64,000 nt of DNA from Parcubacteria group bacterium (GTDB lineage Bacteria; Patescibacteriota; Minisyncoccia; Phycocordibacterales; DATDWN01). Below, piece by piece: positions 58,810 to 64,000 of this stretch; the stretch's first letter is position 1, and each line of letters opens with the position of its first letter. Position numbers and translations under genes: made by a program. The notes under the pieces were generated by a model, which did not search any database, was not told where the DNA came from, and was given only the letters and a program-made list of their open reading frames with translations. The stretch is taken from NCBI GenBank assembly GCA_039740895.1, contig JBCLGS010000002.1, positions 258 through 64,257 of the forward strand, in the 5' to 3' direction.

Positions 58810-60219
58810 ATGGACATTTATTTACACAACACACTGACGGGAAAAAAGGAAATTTTCAAGCCAATCAGCAAAGATGAGGTGGGTATTTATTCTTGCGGGC
58901 CAACAGTTTACTGGAACCAACACATCGGCCATATGTACGCCTATGTGCAGTGGGACACTCTTGTCCGTTCTCTAAACTATCTTGGCTATAAAACAAAATG
59001 GGTTATGAACCTGACTGATGTCGGACATCTGACTGGAGACAATCTTGGCGATGCTGACACAGGTGAAGACAAAATGGAAAAAGGTGCAGAACGCGAAGGT
59101 ATTACCGTCTGGGAAATTGCTGACAAATATATTGAGCAGTTTAAAGAAAGTTTAAGATTTCTGAACATCATAGAACCAGATATTTTGTGTCGTGCCACAG
59201 AGCATATTCCAGAGCAAATTAATTTAATAAAAAAAATTGAAGAAAATGGTTTTACATACATGACAAAAACTGGACTGGTTTTTGATACTGAAAAATTTCC
59301 AGACTACGCAAAATTCGGACATCTCAATTTAGAAAACCAAGAAGCCGGAAGTCGCGTGACTGTAGACCCAGAAAAGAAAAAACCATGGGACTTTCTGCTC
59401 TGGATTACAAACCAACCAAATCATATTATGAAATGGGAAACTCCATGGGGCATGGGTTTCCCTGGCTGGCATATAGAATGTACTGCAATGTCTATAAAAT
59501 ATCTTGGAGAAACTTTCGATATTCACACTGGAGGAAATGAGCACATCCCAGTACACCATACAAATGAAATTGCCCAGGCGTTTGGGGCTTTTGGCCACCA
59601 GACTGCTAACTACTGGCTACACAATGAATGGCTGCTTTTAGATGGTCAAAAAATCAGTAAGTCTCTCGGAAATTCAATCCTAGTATCTGACCTGCAAGCA
59701 AAAGGCTTTGATCCTTTAATTCTCCGATACCTGATACTTACAACACATTATAAAACCGGTTTGAATTTCACCTGGGAAAGTCTCGAGGCAATACAGACTG
59801 CATACAACAAACTGAAAGAAACGATTCAAAATATAAAAAAAGAGAGCACTGACTCCCATTCACTCGACCAAAAAATATTTGACGAAAATAAAAAAGCATT
59901 TTCAGAATGTGTTGCAGATGATTTAAATATTGCAAAAGGTATAGGCTTGTTGTGGCAGATAGTAAAATCAAAAGAAATAAATTCTAAAACAAAACTCGCC
60001 CTTATTTTTGACTTTGACCAAGTGCTTGGTTTGAAACTGGATGAAGCCATGACCTCAAATTTTGAAATTTCTGAAAATATTCAAAAATTAATTGACCAGA
60101 GAGAGAAAGCTCGAACTGAAAAAGATTTTGTAAAAAGTGATGAACTTCGTCTAGAAATAGAATCTCTTGGGTTTGAAATCAAAGACACTTCTGAGGGAAC
60201 AAAAATTACTAAAAAATAA
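58810..60219 (+). CDS. cysS: cysteinyl-tRNA synthetase
   Basis: [30 protein letters not shown]. Confidence 0.97.
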   Translation: MDIYLHNTLTGKKEIFKPISKDEVGIYSCGPTVYWNQHIGHMYAYVQWDTLVRSLNYLGYKTKWVMNLTDVGHLTGDNLGDADTGEDKMEKGAEREGITVWEIADKYIEQFKESLRFLNIIEPDILCRATEHIPEQINLIKKIEENGFTYMTKTGLVFDTEKFPDYAKFGHLNLENQEAGSRVTVDPEKKKPWDFLLWITNQPNHIMKWETPWGMGFPGWHIECTAMSIKYLGETFDIHTGGNEHIPVHHTNEIAQAFGAFGHQTANYWLHNEWLLLDGQKISKSLGNSILVSDLQAKGFDPLILRYLILTTHYKTGLNFTWESLEAIQTAYNKLKETIQNIKKESTDSHSLDQKIFDENKKAFSECVADDLNIAKGIGLLWQIVKSKEINSKTKLALIFDFDQVLGLKLDEAMTSNFEISENIQKLIDQREKARTEKDFVKSDELRLEIESLGFEIKDTSEGTKITKK

Positions 60220-60346
60220 CTCTCTAAAAAAGTATTATTCAGAGAGTTATAATTTTAAATCAATAGTAACAATCCCCATCTTACCCACAGTTTCTACACT
60301 TTCTGTCTAGTAGCAAATAAAAAGCCTCGCATGATACAATCTCTTA

Positions 60347-61741
60347 ATGACTCAACAAATCAACCCACAGACAAATGTAACCCGATTTAGAATCCCCCCA
60401 CACAACCTCGATGCGGAGATGGCACTTCTCGGATCTGTCATGCTACGGCCAGATTGTCTTCACGACATTACTGATGTTGTTTCAATGGATTCATTTTACT
60501 CGGACAAGCACCGAATAGTTTTCGAAACCATGATGGAACTATTCTCAAAACATTCCCCTATTGATTTACTTTCTGTTTCCGCAAAATTAAAGGAAAAAGG
60601 TTGGCTTGACCAAATCGGCGGAAACACATACCTGACGGAAATCGTAAATGTCGTACCATCATCGGCAAATGTTGTTTATTATGCAGAAATAGTTCAAAAA
60701 AAATACATGATGAGGCGACTGATTGAGGCTTCAGACCACATCTCACACATTGGTTATGACGAAAATGCAGAACTAGAAGAAATGTTAGACGGTGCAGAAA
60801 AAAAACTTTTTGAAGTAACAAACTTTAATACCTCTCACAAATTCGTTCCACTAAAAGATGAGTTGGCAGAAGCTTGGGAAAGATTAGATAAACTTCACTC
60901 TGGTGGCCAAGGTCTTCGCGGAATTCCCACTGGCTTTTATGATTTAGATTTAAAACTTTCTGGTTTTCAAAAATCAGACTTGATTATTCTTGCAGCTAGA
61001 CCATCAATGGGAAAAACTGCACTGGCACTAGACATAGCTAGGCAAACAGCCGTAAACCACAATATACCAGTCGGTATTTTCTCACTGGAAATGAGTAGTC
61101 AGCAATTGGTAGATAGAATGCTTGCTGCTCAAGCCAATGTGGATGCTTGGAAAATGCGTACTGGAAAACTTTCCCGGCAGGATGATTTTGACGCTATCAA
61201 AGAAGCTTTAGATAAACTAAATAAAGCACCCATTTTCATTGATGACCAGCCTGGAAACAGTATTTTGAAAATGCGTTCTGTTGCCCGCAGAATGAAAAGT
61301 GAGCATGGTTTAGGACTTCTCATTGTGGACTACTTGCAACTGATGGTTCCATCAAACACAAAAGGAAATGACAACCTAGTCCAACAAGTTACTGAAATAT
61401 CTAGATCTCTAAAAAATCTAGCTCGTGAGTTTGATGTGCCTGTACTAGCCCTCTCTCAGCTCAATAGACAAGTTGAACAAAGAGGTGGCCGACCAAGACT
61501 CTCTGACCTACGAGACTCAGGTTCTATCGAGCAGGACGCCGATGTGGTTATGTTTATTCATCGCGAGGATAAATACAAAGATGAAGCAGAGAAAACAAAC
61601 ATTGCTGATATATTGATTGAGAAACACCGAAACGGCGAAACTGGAAAAGTTGAATTGTTTTTCAACGAGAAAAAAGCCACTTTCCAGAATATGGATAAGT
61701 CGCGTTATGGTGGTGTTGAAAAAGAATTTTCGGATTTTTAA
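60347..61741 (+). CDS. dnaB: replicative DNA helicase
   Basis: [38 protein letters not shown]. Confidence 0.98.
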   Translation: MTQQINPQTNVTRFRIPPHNLDAEMALLGSVMLRPDCLHDITDVVSMDSFYSDKHRIVFETMMELFSKHSPIDLLSVSAKLKEKGWLDQIGGNTYLTEIVNVVPSSANVVYYAEIVQKKYMMRRLIEASDHISHIGYDENAELEEMLDGAEKKLFEVTNFNTSHKFVPLKDELAEAWERLDKLHSGGQGLRGIPTGFYDLDLKLSGFQKSDLIILAARPSMGKTALALDIARQTAVNHNIPVGIFSLEMSSQQLVDRMLAAQANVDAWKMRTGKLSRQDDFDAIKEALDKLNKAPIFIDDQPGNSILKMRSVARRMKSEHGLGLLIVDYLQLMVPSNTKGNDNLVQQVTEISRSLKNLAREFDVPVLALSQLNRQVEQRGGRPRLSDLRDSGSIEQDADVVMFIHREDKYKDEAEKTNIADILIEKHRNGETGKVELFFNEKKATFQNMDKSRYGGVEKEFSDF

Positions 61742-61773
61742 TATACGAAAATAAAAATTTACGAATATTACGA

Positions 61774-62154
61774 ATGACTACAAATAAAACAGTAAACAAA
61801 AAAGTTTTATATCCAGAATTATCCTACATTATTACTGGTATTATATTTAGTGTCCATAATGAATTAGGACAATATGCTAAGGAAAAACAATATGGTGACT
61901 TAATTGAAAAAAAATTAAAGGAATTAAATATCCAATATCAAAGAGAGATAAATATTGGTGATAGCGGAAACATCTTAGATTTTATAATAGATAATAAAAT
62001 AGTTATTGAATTAAAAGCAACAAGAATAATTACCCAAGAACATTTCCGTCAAATACAAAATTATTTACAACAAACACATTTGGATCTTGGCATATTGGTA
62101 GATTTTAGGTATAAATATATAAAACCAATCAGAATTATTCGTATACATTCGTAA
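61774..62154 (+). CDS. GxxExxY-family PD-(D/E)xK protein
   Basis: VHNELG..KEKQY, LDFII...IELK, QIQNYL; flanked by inverted TACGAA/TTCGTA repeats. Confidence 0.88.
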   Translation: MTTNKTVNKKVLYPELSYIITGIIFSVHNELGQYAKEKQYGDLIEKKLKELNIQYQREINIGDSGNILDFIIDNKIVIELKATRIITQEHFRQIQNYLQQTHLDLGILVDFRYKYIKPIRIIRIHS

Positions 62155-62181
62155 TTACCTTTATTCGCATATTCGTATCTC

Positions 62182-62817
62182 ATGGACAACACACAAAAAC
62201 TTATAGAACTATTCAAAGAATTCCCCGGCATCGGACCAAGACAAGCAAAAAGGTTTGTTTATTTTTTACTAATGCGAAATAATGGCTACTCCGGCGAGCT
62301 AGCTCGGTTGATTTCAGAAATCAAATCAAATGTGACTGTCTGCAAATCATGTTTCCGATTTTATACGAAAAGCAGTTCAAAAAGTGATGTATGTCCTGTA
62401 TGCCTAGATGAAAATCGCGACAAATCGCTTCTTATGATTGTTTCCCACGATGTTGATTTTGAAAATATAGAGAAAACAAAATTTTTTAATGGCTATTATT
62501 TCGTACTCGGTGGAACTGTCCCAATATTGGAAAAAAATCCAGAGAAACGAATTCGTCAAACAGAATTATTGGGTATTGTTAAGAAAAAAATTTCTGAAGG
62601 TTTGAAAGAAATTATAATCGCCTTGAGTTACAACCCTGAAGGTGAAAATTCGTTGACTTACCTAAAACAAATTTTGTCGCCACTAACTAATCACGGAGGG
62701 GAACCCTCCGTAGTAAAAATAAAAATATCCACACTCGGCCGAGGTCTGTCCACAGGCACAGAGTTGGAATACTCCGACAGTGACACAATAAAAAACGCTT
62801 TGAAAAATAGACAGTAA
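62182..62817 (+). CDS. recR: recombination mediator RecR
   Basis: PGIGPRQAKR, C4 zinc finger, Toprim, GTELEY. Confidence 0.95.
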   Translation: MDNTQKLIELFKEFPGIGPRQAKRFVYFLLMRNNGYSGELARLISEIKSNVTVCKSCFRFYTKSSSKSDVCPVCLDENRDKSLLMIVSHDVDFENIEKTKFFNGYYFVLGGTVPILEKNPEKRIRQTELLGIVKKKISEGLKEIIIALSYNPEGENSLTYLKQILSPLTNHGGEPSVVKIKISTLGRGLSTGTELEYSDSDTIKNALKNRQ

Positions 62818-62829
62818 AAATTGATTTAA

Positions 62830-62995
62830 AATCTCATTGAAACATTTTCTTTTTGGAGCATCCGCAGGCCGTGAGCATGGTCTTGTCAACGACTCGAGTG
62901 CAACAAGAGCTCATTGACAAGTCACGGCCGAGGACCGAGAGAACTTTTCGCCGGAAAAGTGAACATCTCCAAAAAGGAAATACTGAGAAGAGATT
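62830..62995. other. long structured hairpin element between convergent genes
   Basis: tttttggag...ctccaaaaa stem enclosing ggccgtga/tcacggcc, ttgtcaa/ttgacaa and acttttc/gaaaagt arms. Confidence 0.6.
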
Positions 62996-63625
62996 TTATA
63001 CAACCTTATATTCAACAATCTTCCCTGCTTGAATTTCAATCTTATCTGCCTTACGCAGATTTTTTATTTGTTCACGAGAAAGTATAGGGTAATGTTTTAT
63101 TCCGTCCAAATATTCTGGGATTTCAAATAAATCTTTTTCAGAAGTTCTCCAATCAAATCGGTTAAAATAATTTAAATCCAAAAGTTTTGAATATTCCCTT
63201 AATGTTTTCTGTCCATTACTATTCAAGAAATACTCATGAAAATATGACAAAACCAACTCTTGAACGGTCTTATAAACTGGCTCGCGATACCTTAAAACTG
63301 CATGGTTGGTCTTTGAAATGGCTCCAAAATAGCCAAATTGCTTAAATACGGCCACTATATGGTCAAAGTCGTATGGCTTCTCGGTAGAGCGCAAATCCAA
63401 GATTAAGGGCTTATGTCCATGGAACTCCAAAACCGCGGACGCAAATACAGCTCCCTCCACACAATGAGCAGTCTTTGTTGTCAAAACTTTTCTTGGGGAA
63501 AAACATGTCCCTCCTTTCTCTTCAAAATTAAAAGGCAGGGTATTCAAATAATCTTGAATCTTTGCTGGTGTATTAAGTTTCTTAAAAATCCCTATTTCTT
63601 GCTTTGTATATCCAAAATTCTTCAT
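62996..63625 (-). CDS. conserved hypothetical protein (possible Cys-His-Asp transglutaminase-like fold)
   Basis: AHCVEGA, DHIVAVF, GAISKTNH, YFHEY. Confidence 0.7.
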   Translation of the reverse strand: MKNFGYTKQEIGIFKKLNTPAKIQDYLNTLPFNFEEKGGTCFSPRKVLTTKTAHCVEGAVFASAVLEFHGHKPLILDLRSTEKPYDFDHIVAVFKQFGYFGAISKTNHAVLRYREPVYKTVQELVLSYFHEYFLNSNGQKTLREYSKLLDLNYFNRFDWRTSEKDLFEIPEYLDGIKHYPILSREQIKNLRKADKIEIQAGKIVEYKVV

Positions 63626-63696
63626 AAAAAAATCATACCACAATTAACTATTTTTCTATAAAGGCATCGATCATGGAGAGGGAACCCTCCGTGGAA

Positions 63697-64000
63697 TCAC
63701 TGATTCGTGTATATCATCTTCATAATCGGCAATTGAACTCCACTACTTTGCATTTTTTCTTCAGCTTGGTATCTTTCTCCCGTATCAACGAATCCTAATT
63801 TAGTATAAAAATCTATTGATTTTGTATGCTGTACTGGTTCGGTAAAAATCGTTTTATTAGATGGTAAAAATTTAAGTACTTCTTGCCACAGATTTGTGCC
63901 CACTCCTTTTCCTGTATATTCGGGATGTACATACATGCTCATCAATTCAATATCATCCGCATGAATTTTTAAACGAATAAAACCGACCACTTTTTCCTCA
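63697..64000 (-). CDS. GNAT acetyltransferase, 3' part
   Basis: MYVHPEYTGKGVG, FYTKLGF; 5' end probably outside the window. Confidence 0.85.
   Translation of the reverse strand, partial: EEKVVGFIRLKIHADDIELMSMYVHPEYTGKGVGTNLWQEVLKFLPSNKTIFTEPVQHTKSIDFYTKLGFVDTGERYQAEEKMQSSGVQLPIMKMIYTNQ

Noticed and set aside
1131-63661. Numerous 60-216 aa ORFs antisense to or nested within conserved genes
   Set aside because: Shadow frames with no recognisable motifs.

Overview
An AT-rich, gene-dense bacterial chromosomal segment that reads like a CPR/Patescibacteria (Parcubacteria-type) genome. This is inferred from the compact RpoB, a NusB-NUDIX fusion, a shortened RF2, and CPR-like gene content; standard code 11 is used. 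The backbone is housekeeping: rpoB/rpoC(5'), trmD, khpA, rpsP, rnr, smc, rnc, nusB, rpmF, rnhB, dnaE, thrS, gyrB, a single-chain organelle-type PheRS, pyrG, ftsEX, prfB, rpmA, rplI, cysS, dnaB, recR, and 3 tRNAs. The most striking unexplained signal is a modular, nested set of small palindromic DNA elements. Several families sit at stop codons, insert into one another, and are inserted in frame into at least ten conserved genes (rpsP, rnr, smc x3, rnhB, dnaE, gyrB, thrS, trmD, pyrG, recR), with compensatory base changes between copies and no transposase in the window. Other notable items: (1) a LexA-C5 methyltransferase fusion with a convergent nuclease next to tRNA-Gln; (2) a second LexA operon carrying an orphan PemK toxin faced by a promoter-driven ~50-nt RNA; (3) a 4-gene cassette (archaeal-type SAM synthetase, sulfotransferase-like, 2 HAD-like) bracketed by a 459-bp duplication of a helicase 5' end; (4) prfB starting 2 nt after a tRNA; (5) a fatty-acid desaturase. 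All calls are by eye; no searches were run.
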